Source: an uncultured Candidatus Entotheonella sp.
GTDB lineage: Bacteria; Tectomicrobia; Entotheonellia; Entotheonellales; Entotheonellaceae
DNA length: 64,000 bases
Assembly: GCA_965215335.1 (NCBI GenBank)
Contig: CBDCDA010000001.1
Location: forward strand, 1,120,001 to 1,184,000
Reading direction: 5' to 3'
Positions 9,642 to 20,090 of the stretch are shown here, in pieces. A program made the translations under genes and the position numbers. The notes beneath the pieces are model-generated. The model did no database searches and had not been told where the DNA came from. It saw only the letters and a program-made list of their open reading frames with translations. Position 1 is the first letter of the stretch, and each line of letters begins with the position of its first letter.

Positions 9642-10474
9642 GGCAGTGGCTCGCGTTCGGGCGGGATTGGGGCATGCGCCTGCAGAAAGTCCCGCACGTC
9701 GTCGAATGCCACGGGCTGTTCCAAGTGGATGGCATGGCCAGCATCCGGCACGATACGCACGCGGTTGTGTGGCAGTACGGCCGCCATTTCATTGGCCAGC
9801 CCGCAGTACTTGTCATCCAGCCCCCCTGCCAGCAGCAGGACGGGCAGGCGCAGGCCCCGCAAACGCTGCAGCACCGGCTCCTGCATGCCGGCGCCGAGCC
9901 CCTGCAGGCTGTTGGCAAGACCGTTCGCGGTGTGTTGCAGGCGCTGGGTCCGCAGCGCCTGTCGGACCATGGCCGGCAGGCGCGACTGGGCAGCGAACAA
10001 TGGCAGCGTCTGCCAGTAATCCACAAAGGCCGCCACGCCTTCGTTCCTGATTCGATCCGCCAGCCTGGCGTCCTGGATCACCCGAGCCATCCTGTCATGC
10101 GGGTCCACAATGCCGGGGGAGGCGCTCTCGAGCACGAGTGCCCACACAGATTCCGGTGCCTGCAGGGCGACGCGCATGGCGACCCGGCCGCCCATCGAAT
10201 AGCCCACGATGGCGCAGCGCCGAATGCCCAGGCGGTCCCGCAGCGCCAGGACGTCATCGACGCAGGCTTCCATGTCATAACGCCGCACCTCGGCCGGAGC
10301 GTCGGAGCCACCGTGCCCCAGAAAGTCGGGGCAAACAGTCGTGAACGCCTTCAGGGCAGCCAGATGCGGCGCCCAGGTTGCGCTACTGCCGGTAAATCCG
10401 TGCAGGAATAAAACGGCGGGGCCGCTTCCCTGCACCTCGACGTGGTAAGTCACGCGATTCACGGCGAGGCGCAT
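9632..10474 (-). CDS. menH: SHCHC synthase (alpha/beta hydrolase)
   Basis: FLHGFTGS, GYSMGGRVA, LESASPG, AGHAIHLEQP. Confidence 0.9.
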   Translation of the reverse strand: MRLAVNRVTYHVEVQGSGPAVLFLHGFTGSSATWAPHLAALKAFTTVCPDFLGHGGSDAPAEVRRYDMEACVDDVLALRDRLGIRRCAIVGYSMGGRVAMRVALQAPESVWALVLESASPGIVDPHDRMARVIQDARLADRIRNEGVAAFVDYWQTLPLFAAQSRLPAMVRQALRTQRLQHTANGLANSLQGLGAGMQEPVLQRLRGLRLPVLLLAGGLDDKYCGLANEMAAVLPHNRVRIVPDAGHAIHLEQPVAFDDVRDFLQAHAPIPPEREPLPCR

Positions 10475-12246
10475 GAGAGTGGCTCTGGTTGGGTTGTCGA
10501 ACGCAGCCGTCGTGACACGGCCTGCCAGAGTTCTCGATGCAGGCGGGCGTTGGCGTCGCGGTTGGTATGGACGGCAATCAGGCTGACGCCCGGGGTGTGG
10601 AAGGCTTTCTCGAGGGCGATGCGAAACGCCGGGCTGTCTTCGGGTTCGCAGTAATCCAGGCCGTAGAGTTGTGCCGCGTGGCGAAAATCCAGGCCGTGCG
10701 GGGTGCCGAACAGGTCTTCGAATGACGCCACAGCCGCGGCCTGCGGCAGGAACGAAAAGATGCCGCCGCCGTCGTTGTGCAGCAGCACGATGCTGGCTTG
10801 CAGCCCGTGCCGCTTGGCGGCCAGCAGGCCGTTCATGTCGTGATAGAGGGAGAGGTCGCCGATGACCAGCACGCAAGGTCCTGGACTCACGGAACTGACG
10901 CCAAGGGCAGTTGACACCACGCCATCGATGCCACTGGCGCCCCGGTTGGCCAGGAATCGGGCACGCCGGGCATCCGCGGCGAAAAAGGTGTCGAGGTCAC
11001 GCACCGGCATGCTGTTGCCGGCGAACAGGGTGACGTCCGGCGGCAGCACCGCGTCCAGTTCGGTGAATACCTTCGGTTCGCTCAACGCCGGGTTGGTGTT
11101 CAGGTGTTCTTGCAGGACGGTGCGTGTCTGCGCGTTCAGCCGTTCCCACTTGCGGCGCCAGGCACTGGCGGTGCTGATACCGCGCCGCGGTATTTTCTCC
11201 AGGGCCGGCAGCAAGGCCTCGCAGAAGGTACAGGCATCGGCTTGTACGCTGTCGGTTGCGACCAGCGCCGGGTCGTGCCACTCGTCCACCGGCGCGATCA
11301 GCATTTGCCGGCAGGCCGTCAAGCTTTGCAAATACAACTGCAAAGGCTTGGAAACCGGCGTGGCGCCAAATCGCAACACGAGGTCCGGCGCCAGGTCGCG
11401 CGCGATTTGCGAGTCGCGCAAAAAGGCGTCGTAACTGTCGACAAGGTACGACATGTCGTGTGCGCCACGGCGCACCTGGGACAACACGTCAGCCAGAAGG
11501 GGAAATTGCAACGCCCGCGACAGGCGCACGACCGCTTCGGGAAAGCCGGGGTCGTCCTGCGGACCGCAAACGATCAGGCCGCGTTGCGCGCTGCGCAATT
11601 GGGCGGCCAATTCCCTTGCGTCAGCAGGGTGAAGCGCCTGCGGTCCTTGCGTGACGGCCACATGCGGCCCTGTGCCTCGTTCGCTTGACGCATGATTTGG
11701 CGCCGCGGGTATCAACGGCTCGCGAAACGGAAAATTGACGTGCACCGGACCGGGACGCCCGGCGCGGCAGTCCGCCATGACACGGCAGGCGGTGGTGCGA
11801 ACGTACCGCACGGCGTGCGGGCCGCCTTCCGGCAGGTGCATCGCGATGCACCTTTTCACATGGCGCCCGTAGAGCCGCGACTGGTCAATGGTTTGCGGGG
11901 CGCCGACCTCCTGCAGTTCCGGAGGACGGTCGGCGGTCAGCACCAGCAGCGGCACGCGGGCATAGAACGCCTCGACGACCGCCGGCGCAAAATTGAGCGT
12001 GGCGGTGCCCGACGTGCCCAGCACCGCCACCGGCTGCCGCGTGGCCTTGGCCTGACCCAGGGCGAAATACGCCGCCGAACGCTCATCGAGGTGCATCCAG
12101 ACCTTGATGGCGGGGTGTTGATGCAGCAGGGTCGCCAAGGGCGTGGAACGCGAGCCGGGACAGATACAGGCGTGCTCCAGACCGCAACGGGCCAATTCAT
12201 CGATGAAGGCATCGACGAACGCGTGCAGCGCATTGGCATGAATCAT
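10459..12246 (-). CDS. menD: SEPHCHC synthase (ThDP-dependent)
   Basis: CPGSRSTPL, DERSAAYFALG, NRGASGIDG, GDLSLYHD, NDGGGIF. Confidence 0.95.
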   Translation of the reverse strand: MIHANALHAFVDAFIDELARCGLEHACICPGSRSTPLATLLHQHPAIKVWMHLDERSAAYFALGQAKATRQPVAVLGTSGTATLNFAPAVVEAFYARVPLLVLTADRPPELQEVGAPQTIDQSRLYGRHVKRCIAMHLPEGGPHAVRYVRTTACRVMADCRAGRPGPVHVNFPFREPLIPAAPNHASSERGTGPHVAVTQGPQALHPADARELAAQLRSAQRGLIVCGPQDDPGFPEAVVRLSRALQFPLLADVLSQVRRGAHDMSYLVDSYDAFLRDSQIARDLAPDLVLRFGATPVSKPLQLYLQSLTACRQMLIAPVDEWHDPALVATDSVQADACTFCEALLPALEKIPRRGISTASAWRRKWERLNAQTRTVLQEHLNTNPALSEPKVFTELDAVLPPDVTLFAGNSMPVRDLDTFFAADARRARFLANRGASGIDGVVSTALGVSSVSPGPCVLVIGDLSLYHDMNGLLAAKRHGLQASIVLLHNDGGGIFSFLPQAAAVASFEDLFGTPHGLDFRHAAQLYGLDYCEPEDSPAFRIALEKAFHTPGVSLIAVHTNRDANARLHRELWQAVSRRLRSTTQPEPLSCASP

Positions 12247-13676
12247 GATGCCTGCTCGCTGAGCGCGGCCAGCATGGGACGCAGCTTCAGAGACGATTCC
12301 GCGTATTCCCGGTACGGATCCGAACCCTCCACGATACCGCAGCCGGCATACAGCCAGGCCTCACTGCCGCGAACCAGCGCCGAACGGATGCCGACCACGA
12401 ACTCGCCGCCGCCGCATGCGTCGACCCACCCGACCGGGCCCGCATACCAGCCTCGGCTCATGCCTTCCTGCTGCCGGATCAGCTTGAGCGCTGCATTGCG
12501 GGGGACACCGCCAACGCCAGGTGTCGGGTGCAGCCGCGCCACCAAATCCAGGACATTGGAACCGGCGGCCAGGGTGCCTTGCAACGGTGTGTGCAGGTGC
12601 TGGACGTCGGGCAGCTTGAGCAGGCGAGGGGCATCGGGAACATGCAGCGACAAGCAGTGCGATGACAGGGCTTCACGGAGCGTGCTTACAACCAGGCCGT
12701 GTTCACGACGCTCCTTGTCCGTGTGGAGCAGGGCTTCCCCGAGCCGGCGGTCCGTGTGCTCGGTATCGCCACGCGCCGTCGAACCCGCCAGACAATCCAC
12801 TTGCACGGTCCGTCCGCGCAAGCGAACCAGACGCTCCGGCGTCGCGCCCATCATGCAGGCGGAACCGGTATCGATGGCGAAGAGGGTGTGATGCCCGGTG
12901 GTGGTTGCCAGGCGTTGCAGCGCTATGCCGACATCAAAATCATCTTGTGCCCGAAGGTGTACTTCTCGCGCCAGCACGACTTTCTGCACGGTGCCTCGCC
13001 GAATCGCCAGCACGATGTCACGCACCTGCCGTTCCCACGGGCCGGACCGGTCCCGCATCGGCGTCCGTATCGCCGGCTGCCGGGCGCCGATGGGGCGGGC
13101 ATCCGCGGACATCAAGTCCACCAACTCGGCGATTGCGTCATCAGCCATCGTGGCGGGATCACAGCCTGCCGACGTGTCAAGATTGATCGTACACCAGGTA
13201 GCGTTTTCGGCAGCCAGGAAAAGGAATCGCGGCACGATCAGGAGGGCGTCCGGGTACGCTTTCCAGGCAGGGTTGGAGGGCTCGGCGGGATCGAACGCGA
13301 AGCCGCCGAGGGCCACAGGCGCCGCCAGCGGGTACGAAGGGCAGGTATCGATTCCCGCTTCTGAAACCAATCGGCGGTATGCCAGCCTCACCTGCGAAAA
13401 ACGCGCCTCGCCGCACCCTGTAAACCGAGCGGCGCGCCCGACCGCCGCCATGGCCATACCCGCGTCGAGCTGGTGCCAAAATATGCGGATCTGCTGCTGG
13501 CCTTTAGGGAAAATGGAAAGCGGCGAAATTGGCGGGCATTCGGCCGTCAGGCTGACCAGAAGCGAACGCCCGCGGCGGCCGGCTTCGGCGCGGCCCGATT
13601 GCACCAAGGCGCGAAGGCGAGATGCCAGCGCTTCAATTTCGAACCTGTTCGGGATAAAGGTAGTCGAAGGTTCCAT
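12243..13676 (-). CDS. menF: Isochorismate synthase
   Basis: KVVLARE, GATPERL, KERREH, VQHLHT, LHPTPGVGG, RGWYAGPVGW, YAGCGIV. Confidence 0.9.
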   Translation of the reverse strand: MEPSTTFIPNRFEIEALASRLRALVQSGRAEAGRRGRSLLVSLTAECPPISPLSIFPKGQQQIRIFWHQLDAGMAMAAVGRAARFTGCGEARFSQVRLAYRRLVSEAGIDTCPSYPLAAPVALGGFAFDPAEPSNPAWKAYPDALLIVPRFLFLAAENATWCTINLDTSAGCDPATMADDAIAELVDLMSADARPIGARQPAIRTPMRDRSGPWERQVRDIVLAIRRGTVQKVVLAREVHLRAQDDFDVGIALQRLATTTGHHTLFAIDTGSACMMGATPERLVRLRGRTVQVDCLAGSTARGDTEHTDRRLGEALLHTDKERREHGLVVSTLREALSSHCLSLHVPDAPRLLKLPDVQHLHTPLQGTLAAGSNVLDLVARLHPTPGVGGVPRNAALKLIRQQEGMSRGWYAGPVGWVDACGGGEFVVGIRSALVRGSEAWLYAGCGIVEGSDPYREYAESSLKLRPMLAALSEQAS

Positions 13677-13803
13677 GCGGGCAGAAGCAAGGCGCCGGAA
13701 AAAAGCGGATCGGTACGTGAATGACGAGGCACCTGGAGTAGTCAAACCGAAAGCAGGCCCCGGCAGCGGGATCTGCACGGGGCCCAGAAAGAGCCGGCAC
13801 GAT

Positions 13804-14049
13804 CTAGTTGTTGCCGTCCGTGCTCTCTTCCTCTGTGTTCTCCTCGTCGGTGGTCACGGGGGAGGTGTCTTCCGTCATCTCCGCCTGAGCCACGACGATC
13901 TGGCCGTTTTGCTGCGTATTGGTGGGGTCGGCATCAGCTTGCGCCTTGGGGACATGCGGCCCGCCGCAAATCGAAATACCGGCCACCGCAACACTCGTAA
14001 AGGCGACCAACAGACCCAGTGCCATGATCAGGGCCAGAGCTCTTTTCAC
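13804..14049 (-). CDS. Small secreted acidic protein, function unknown
   Basis: GTG start after AGGAG; signal peptide MKRALALIMALGLLVAFTSVAVA; E/D/T-rich tail. Confidence 0.65.
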   Translation of the reverse strand: MKRALALIMALGLLVAFTSVAVAGISICGGPHVPKAQADADPTNTQQNGQIVVAQAEMTEDTSPVTTDEENTEEESTDGNN

Positions 14050-14279
14050 TACGATCTCCTTCTTGCAACCTGCAATTGCGAAGTGTCAACGACATTCGTC
14101 AACGAATGACTTGCGGGCGCAAACGTAGCCAACTTTTTTGGCCGTGTCAAGCGGCGTGTTGCAGCAGGGTTGCGGTGCAAGCGCGGCCCGAATGGCACAT
14201 GGTGATACAATAACCTCTCTCAAACCGCAGCGGCACGGCAGGCATGAAGCTGTCTGCGGGTGCCGAGGGCAACGGCACA

Positions 14280-14435
14280 AACGGAATCTCTCCATGGAGG
14301 TGGTGCATGCAATCCGAACCGCTGCTGGCGCTGCGCACCGACCTGATCGCCGAACTCGGCGAGAACCTGCCGGACACCTGGGAGGACGTGCACCGCATCG
14401 GCAAGAAGCTCAAGGCCAAGGGGCACCCGCCAGGA
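14280..14435 (+). pseudogene. Fragment of an extracellular solute-binding protein gene
   Basis: LALRTDLIAELGENLPDTWEDVHRIGKKLKAKGHP resembles the internal PxTWED segment of carbohydrate-type SBPs; no full-length frame. Confidence 0.45.
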
Positions 14436-14749
14436 AAAATTCCTCACCGCCAGCCTCGGCTACAACCAGCCGTTCCTGAAGGCGTTCTCGAAGCACCCCA
14501 TTTATGCCTCGAACCCGAAATTCTACTTTGCGCCGTACATGTCGAGATACATTCACGCGGTGGGCCGGCCCGGCGTGCCAACGGCGGCGCAGGCCGTAGC
14601 GGATCAGTTCATCATTCCAGATGACGCGGCGGCACACGCGACGGGCCGTCTGACGGCGGAGAAGGCGGGGTTCCAGATCGAGAGAATCTGCCGCCGGCAC
14701 GCGTAGCGTGGACGAGCGGGGGCGGCGAGAAGGAGGATTGGCGGTCGGG

Positions 14750-15172
14750 CTACTCGGCCGCCTGCTCCTGCTGTCCTGGCTCGTTGGCGAGCAGGGTGTC
14801 AATTTGACGCTGCAATTCGCGGCTGGCTTCGACCAGCGCGCTCAGGGTGGCGGCCCGCTCCTCCTGAACGCTGATTCGTTTGAACAGCATGTCGTGCATC
14901 TGCGTGGCGAGCGCCGAGACGCTCTTGACACGGGATTCGAGGGAAATGAGACCATCCTCAAGACGTTTCAAGGCTCCCCGATTCGTCTGGATTTCCGGTT
15001 TGACGCCGGCGGTTTCGGCTGACAGTGCCCTGAAACGCTCGTCGAGGTCGGCCTGCAGGTCGGCGATCTTGCCGTTGAACCCGGCGTTCAGACAGAGGCC
15101 AGCGCCGAGCACGACGATGCAAACGACGACGAAGCCGATACCGCGGCTCCTGGATGGCTTGGCGTCCTGCAT
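14750..15172 (-). CDS. Membrane-anchored coiled-coil hypothetical protein
   Basis: RBS AGGAG; one N-terminal TM segment followed by heptad-like L/E/Q/R-rich sequence. Confidence 0.6.
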   Translation of the reverse strand: MQDAKPSRSRGIGFVVVCIVVLGAGLCLNAGFNGKIADLQADLDERFRALSAETAGVKPEIQTNRGALKRLEDGLISLESRVKSVSALATQMHDMLFKRISVQEERAATLSALVEASRELQRQIDTLLANEPGQQEQAAE

Positions 15173-15286
15173 GAGATGCGCTCCTGTTTCCATGCTGGGG
15201 TCGTGGTGTCGAGAACCAAAATGCGGGGCGCGACTATCACAGCCCCGTCAAGTCGTGTCAAGGCACGGGACGAGAGAGGGGAGAGC

Positions 15287-16105
15287 ATGGCGGGCGCGCC
15301 GCACCAAGGCAGGGTGGCCGGGACGCACTGGGACCCGAATCAGTACCTGAAATTTGCCGACCACCGCCTGCGTCCGGCGCTGGAATTGCTGGGCCGGGTG
15401 CCGCTTGTCGCGCCACGCGTGGTCTATGACCTGGGCTGCGGTTCCGGACACATCGCACGTCTGATGTCACGACAGTGGCCCTCGGCCGCTGTGTACGGTC
15501 TCGACCAATCCCCGGAAATGCTGGTCCAGGCCGCCGCCGAGCCGTCGTCGGTGCGCTGGCTGGAGGCCGATATCCGCGCCTGGGTGCCGCACGAGGCTCC
15601 CGACTTGATTTATTCCAACGCCACCCTGCAATGGCTCGACGGCCACTGCGACCTGTTGCCGCGTTTGATGGGCTACGTCAACCCCGGCGGCTACCTGGCC
15701 GTGCAGATGCCGCTGAGCTGGGACATGCCGTCGCACCGCCTGATGCGCCACGCCCTCGAGCACGGCGGACCCGACGGCACGCCGGTCGGCGACGCGGACG
15801 TACTGGCCGCGGTGCGGCGCAGATGGGTCCAAGACGCCGACGTTTACTACGACCTGCTGTCCCCGCTTGGGCAACGGCTCGACATCTGGGAAACGGCGTA
15901 TCTTCAGGTTTTGACCGGTGAGAACCCCGTGCTGGAGTGGGTCAAAGGCACCGGCTTGCGACCGGTTCTGAACGGTCTGGGCGAGGCCGACAGGCGGATG
16001 TTCCTCGAGGTGTACCAACAGGCGCTGCGCGACGCGTATCCGCGACGGCCGGGGGGGCAGACCCTGTACCCTTTCCGCCGTCTGTTCATCGTCGCGCAGG
16101 CATGA
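15287..16105 (+). CDS. tam: Trans-aconitate 2-methyltransferase-like SAM methyltransferase
   Basis: WDPNQYLKF...RLRPALELL, DLGCGSG, SNATLQWL, WVKGTGLRP, PFRRLFIVA. Confidence 0.88.
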   Translation: MAGAPHQGRVAGTHWDPNQYLKFADHRLRPALELLGRVPLVAPRVVYDLGCGSGHIARLMSRQWPSAAVYGLDQSPEMLVQAAAEPSSVRWLEADIRAWVPHEAPDLIYSNATLQWLDGHCDLLPRLMGYVNPGGYLAVQMPLSWDMPSHRLMRHALEHGGPDGTPVGDADVLAAVRRRWVQDADVYYDLLSPLGQRLDIWETAYLQVLTGENPVLEWVKGTGLRPVLNGLGEADRRMFLEVYQQALRDAYPRRPGGQTLYPFRRLFIVAQA

Positions 16106-16114
16106 GGCGGGGTG

Positions 16115-16540
16115 TCAGTTGCGCAGCAGGCCGTAGACTCGTTGCGGGCGCACCAGCACCCCCACCGCGCCCTGGGCCACCATGGCGCGGTCGTAATCTT
16201 CCCAGTCCGGATGCTCGTGGTCGCCGCAGGCGCGAAACATCTCACGGAACAAAACCCGCATCTTCTCGGCGTCGGTGTTGGCATAATCAAACAGTTCCAC
16301 TTCGCCTTCCACCGTCACCCAACTGCGCCAGTCTTTGGATACGGCGAGCACGGTGCAACGCGGGTCACGACGCAAGTTGCGCACCTTGGCGGATTTTCCG
16401 TACACCGCCACGAACACGGCCTGATCCTGGTACGCGCCGCAGTAAACGATGCTGTTCTGAGCGGCGCCATTGCGCTGGTGGGTGGTCACGACGCCCCAGT
16501 GATGACGTTCGAGAAACGGCCGGGCCTGCGCGAAATCCAT
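16115..16540 (-). CDS. PPOX-class (putatively F420-dependent) oxidoreductase
   Basis: SAKVRNLRRDPRCTV, WVTVEG, HPDWEDYDRAM. Confidence 0.8.
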   Translation of the reverse strand: MDFAQARPFLERHHWGVVTTHQRNGAAQNSIVYCGAYQDQAVFVAVYGKSAKVRNLRRDPRCTVLAVSKDWRSWVTVEGEVELFDYANTDAEKMRVLFREMFRACGDHEHPDWEDYDRAMVAQGAVGVLVRPQRVYGLLRN

Positions 16541-16571
16541 TCTGGCTCTCCTTGAAGATGCTGGTTGTTGG

Positions 16572-17714
16572 CTACGTGATGGCCCCGGCGGTGCGTAGCT
16601 GGTCAAGATCATCCTGAGAAAAGCCCCAATCCCGGAAGCCTTCCTCGGTGTGCTCGCCGGGTGCTGCCGGAGCGCTCCGGATGCGCGCCGGGGTGCGGCT
16701 GAAGCGCGGTGCGGGCGCCGGTTGTGTGACGCCGTCGACCTCGACGAACGTCTGACGGATGACGTTGTGGGGATGCCGGGGCGCTTCGTCGAGGTCGAGA
16801 ACCGGCGCAAAGCAGGCGTCCGTTCCTTCCAGGATGTCACACCACTGCTGGCGGGTTTTGGTGCGGAAGCGTTTCGCCAGACGCTCCTTCAGTTCAGGCC
16901 AGCGGTCGCGCGCCATCTGGGACGGCAGGTCGGCATCGGACAAGCCGAGGCGGCTCAGCAGGTCGGCGTAGAACCTGGCTTCGATAGCGGCGATGGAAAT
17001 GTACTTGCCGTCAGCGGTTTCGTAGGCGTCGTAGAAATGGGCGCCACCGTCCAGGAGGTTCTCGCCCCGGCGGTTGTCCAGCCGGCCGGCGGCATACATG
17101 CCATAGGTCGAGGCCATCAGCGACGCGGCGCCGTCCACCATGGCGGCGTCCACGACTTGCCCCTTGCCCGATGCGCGCGTTTCCAGAAGCGCCGCGACGA
17201 TGCCCAGCGCCAGATACAGCGCCCCACCGCCGAAATCGCCCACCAGATTGAGGGGCGGCGTTGGCGGCTGTCCCGGTCTGCCGATGGCATGCGCGGCGCC
17301 GGTCAGGCTGATATAGTTGATGTCGTGTCCGGCCGCCTGCGCCAGCGGGCCTTGCTGTCCCCACCCGGTCACGCGGCCAAAAACGAGTCGCGGGTTGCGC
17401 GCCAGGCACGTCTCGGGACCGAGCCCCAGCCGCTCCATGACACCGGGCCGGAAGCCCTCGATCAGCGCCTCCGCCTGATCCAGCAGGCGCCGCACGGCTT
17501 CCAGTCCCTGGGGATTCTTGAGGTCGACGGCAAGCGAGCGGCGGCTGCGTTCCATCACCGCGTAGCGCGGCGGCACCGGAATGCCCAGGTTGGACGGCTG
17601 CAGGCGGTCGACACGCAGAATCTCCGCGCCCATGTCGGCGAGCAGCATCGCGCACATGGGCGCCGGCCCGATGCCGCCGAATTCAATGATCTTCACCCCC
17701 TCAAGCGGTCCCAT
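16572..17714 (-). CDS. CaiB/BaiF CoA-transferase / alpha-methylacyl-CoA racemase family
   Basis: GPLEGVKIIEFGGIGPAP, EGFRPGVMERLGLG, AGHDINY, NLVGDFGGG. Confidence 0.92.
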   Translation of the reverse strand: MGPLEGVKIIEFGGIGPAPMCAMLLADMGAEILRVDRLQPSNLGIPVPPRYAVMERSRRSLAVDLKNPQGLEAVRRLLDQAEALIEGFRPGVMERLGLGPETCLARNPRLVFGRVTGWGQQGPLAQAAGHDINYISLTGAAHAIGRPGQPPTPPLNLVGDFGGGALYLALGIVAALLETRASGKGQVVDAAMVDGAASLMASTYGMYAAGRLDNRRGENLLDGGAHFYDAYETADGKYISIAAIEARFYADLLSRLGLSDADLPSQMARDRWPELKERLAKRFRTKTRQQWCDILEGTDACFAPVLDLDEAPRHPHNVIRQTFVEVDGVTQPAPAPRFSRTPARIRSAPAAPGEHTEEGFRDWGFSQDDLDQLRTAGAIT

Positions 17715-17728
17715 TGGCTCTCCTTTAT

Positions 17729-18922
17729 TCAGGGTTTCGGAACACTGCGCGAGAGCCGTGAAACGCCCTTGGCCGGCCTCTGGGACGTCTTGGGGGCTCC
17801 TGGCTCGATGGCGCCGTTTTGCCCGTTGGGCGAGGGCTTCCTGTGGGGGCGACAGGATCGGAAAACCAGCGCCTGACGGTAAGCCGACGCGTACAGCGCA
17901 GTTTGCAGGGCGATGCCGGCAATCAACCACAACCGTTGGCGCGACACGGCAACGGCGATCAGCAAGCCTGGCAGGCAGAGACACCATAGAAGGACGCTGG
18001 TCATCGGATTAACAAACCGGGGCCGCCGTAGCGCCTTGCCGATCGGTTTGGCGAAAACGCGATACACCAACATGTGCAGATGCAATCCATCTGGCTGTAG
18101 TGGGTTACCTCTTCGACGAACGGTCTTCCGAAAAATCGAATACGTCGTTTCGGTTACCGGATAGGTGACGATGAGAAGGCTAAGCCAAGCCGACACCTCG
18201 GGATGACGCTCCGGCAGCATGACCGCCAGGCAGGCCAGCCACAATCCAGCCGCGTAGGCGCCACTGTCTCCCAGGAAAAGGCGACCGAACGGAAAATTAA
18301 ACACCAGGAAACCCAACAAGACGGCCATGACGACGACGGCGACCAGAAGGAGCGGGCCGTCCCCAACCGCAGCGGCAACAACGCCGAAGGCGCCAGTCAT
18401 GATGACGACGGAGCCTGACGCCAAGCCGTGGAATCCGTCAATGATGTTTATGGCATTCATCAGACCGGTCATGGCAAAGACCGTAAAAGCGACCGAGATG
18501 GATGGGTTCACAAGGTATTCGTCAGCAATCGGGAGTTCCAGACGCGTCACGCGGTAACCCGTGAGCAGGCAAAACGACAAGGCGGCTCCAGCCGTCGCCG
18601 CCAAGCGCAGAGCGGGGCACGTCTTTTTCCAGAGGTCCTCACTGAGGCCGGCAAAGAAGGCCATGGTGCCGCACAGGCCAAAGGCGACGAGCAGTTCCCG
18701 CGCGGGCGGCGGGGCGACAGGGACAGCCACCCAGAGGCCGAGGACCAACGCCGTGCCGCCGATACGCGGGGTGGCTTTGTCGTGGAATTTTTGGAGACCG
18801 GCATCCGTATCGAACGTGAGAGAGCCGTGCCACTTCTCGGTCAGCACGATCAGGCCGCAGACGGCGAGGCTGACGCCAAAACCGAGCCATGCCGAGAGAG
18901 GGACGTAAAGGAAACCGGGCAT
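17729..18922 (-). CDS. MraY/WecA-family polyprenyl-phosphate sugar-1-phosphate transferase
   Basis: TPRIGG, NAINIIDGFHGL, FNFPFGRLFLGDSG, LHLH; multiple TM segments. Confidence 0.88.
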   Translation of the reverse strand: MPGFLYVPLSAWLGFGVSLAVCGLIVLTEKWHGSLTFDTDAGLQKFHDKATPRIGGTALVLGLWVAVPVAPPPARELLVAFGLCGTMAFFAGLSEDLWKKTCPALRLAATAGAALSFCLLTGYRVTRLELPIADEYLVNPSISVAFTVFAMTGLMNAINIIDGFHGLASGSVVIMTGAFGVVAAAVGDGPLLLVAVVVMAVLLGFLVFNFPFGRLFLGDSGAYAAGLWLACLAVMLPERHPEVSAWLSLLIVTYPVTETTYSIFRKTVRRRGNPLQPDGLHLHMLVYRVFAKPIGKALRRPRFVNPMTSVLLWCLCLPGLLIAVAVSRQRLWLIAGIALQTALYASAYRQALVFRSCRPHRKPSPNGQNGAIEPGAPKTSQRPAKGVSRLSRSVPKP

Positions 18923-19043
18923 CGCAAGCAGTTTTCCACATTGAAAATCAACGCTGGTGAGGCCGGGCGTTTCGCCGTGCCGTGAATATCTTTCGGGCAT
19001 CATACGTGCCGGAGCCGTTGCAGGCAAGGGCCATACGAAGCGT

Positions 19044-19072
19044 TTGACAAACCCAGGGGGTGAAAATACAGT
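19044..19072 (+). promoter_or_regulatory. Putative sigma70 promoter of the ABC exporter
   Basis: TTGACA-N17-TACAGT. Confidence 0.5.
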
Positions 19073-19145
19073 TGCCCCCACGGCCTCTCGGCAGCATGCG
19101 ACACGACCCTTCCCCGAATCCAGTTGAGACCGTCCCTTGACCGAC

Positions 19146-20090
19146 ATGCCCGTTGGAACGGCGCCCGGACCGGAGGCGCAGGTGATGATCCGGGGGCGCG
19201 ATATCGTGAAGCGTTTCGGTTCCACGACCGCCGTGGACGGTGTGACGTTCGACGTCATGGAGGGCGCGACCTACGGTCTGCTGGGACCGAACGGCGCCGG
19301 CAAGACCACCCTGATGCGCCTGCTGAGCGCCCTGTCGCCGCTGAGCAGCGGCGAGCTCGTGGTGGCGGGACTCGACATCACGCGCCAGGGCCGGGCGGTG
19401 CGCGAGCGGCTCGGCGTGGTGACGCAGCAGGACGGCCTCGATACCGATCTGGCGGTGCGGCAGAATCTGGAAACGTACGGTTACGTCTCGGGCCTGTCGC
19501 GTCGCGAGTCGAGTCGGCGGGCTGCCGAGGTGCTGGCGTTCTTCGGATTGAGCGACCGGGCCGATGACGACGTCGATCACTTGTCCGGCGGCATGAGGCG
19601 CCGCCTGGCGATCGCCCGCGCCTTCATGATGGGACCCGACGTCATCATCCTCGACGAGCCCACCACCGGACTGGACCCGCAGGGCCGCAACCTCGTTTGG
19701 GAGAAGTTGGCCGCGCTGAAGGCGTCGGGCGTCACGATTCTGATGTCCACGCACTACATGGAAGAAGCGGCGACCTTGTGCGACCACATCGCCATCATGC
19801 ACCTGGGGCGGATTCTGGATGAGGGCACGCCGGACGCATTGATCGCGCGGCACGCCAGCGCCGAGGTGGCGCAGCTTCGCGTGGTGACGGAGGCGCGGGC
19901 CGAGGTTCGAGCCGCCCTGGCCGCGGCCGAATACGCCTGGCGCGAGGTGGGCACGATGATCCACGTTGCAGGCCGCAACGGCCAGCGCCCGCAGATGCCG
20001 CCGATGCGTGGCGTGCGCATCACCTACCGCCCGGGCAACCTGGAAGACGTATTTCTGGCGGTAGCGGGCAGGGGGCTCGGAGAGGCATGA
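19146..20090 (+). CDS. ABC exporter ATP-binding protein (NodI/DrrA-like)
   Basis: GPNGAGKTT, LSGGMRRRL, ILDEPTTGLDP. Confidence 0.9.
   Translation: MPVGTAPGPEAQVMIRGRDIVKRFGSTTAVDGVTFDVMEGATYGLLGPNGAGKTTLMRLLSALSPLSSGELVVAGLDITRQGRAVRERLGVVTQQDGLDTDLAVRQNLETYGYVSGLSRRESSRRAAEVLAFFGLSDRADDDVDHLSGGMRRRLAIARAFMMGPDVIILDEPTTGLDPQGRNLVWEKLAALKASGVTILMSTHYMEEAATLCDHIAIMHLGRILDEGTPDALIARHASAEVAQLRVVTEARAEVRAALAAAEYAWREVGTMIHVAGRNGQRPQMPPMRGVRITYRPGNLEDVFLAVAGRGLGEA

Noticed and set aside
13804..14049. RiPP precursor
   Set aside because: It has a Sec-type signal peptide and no modification enzymes nearby.
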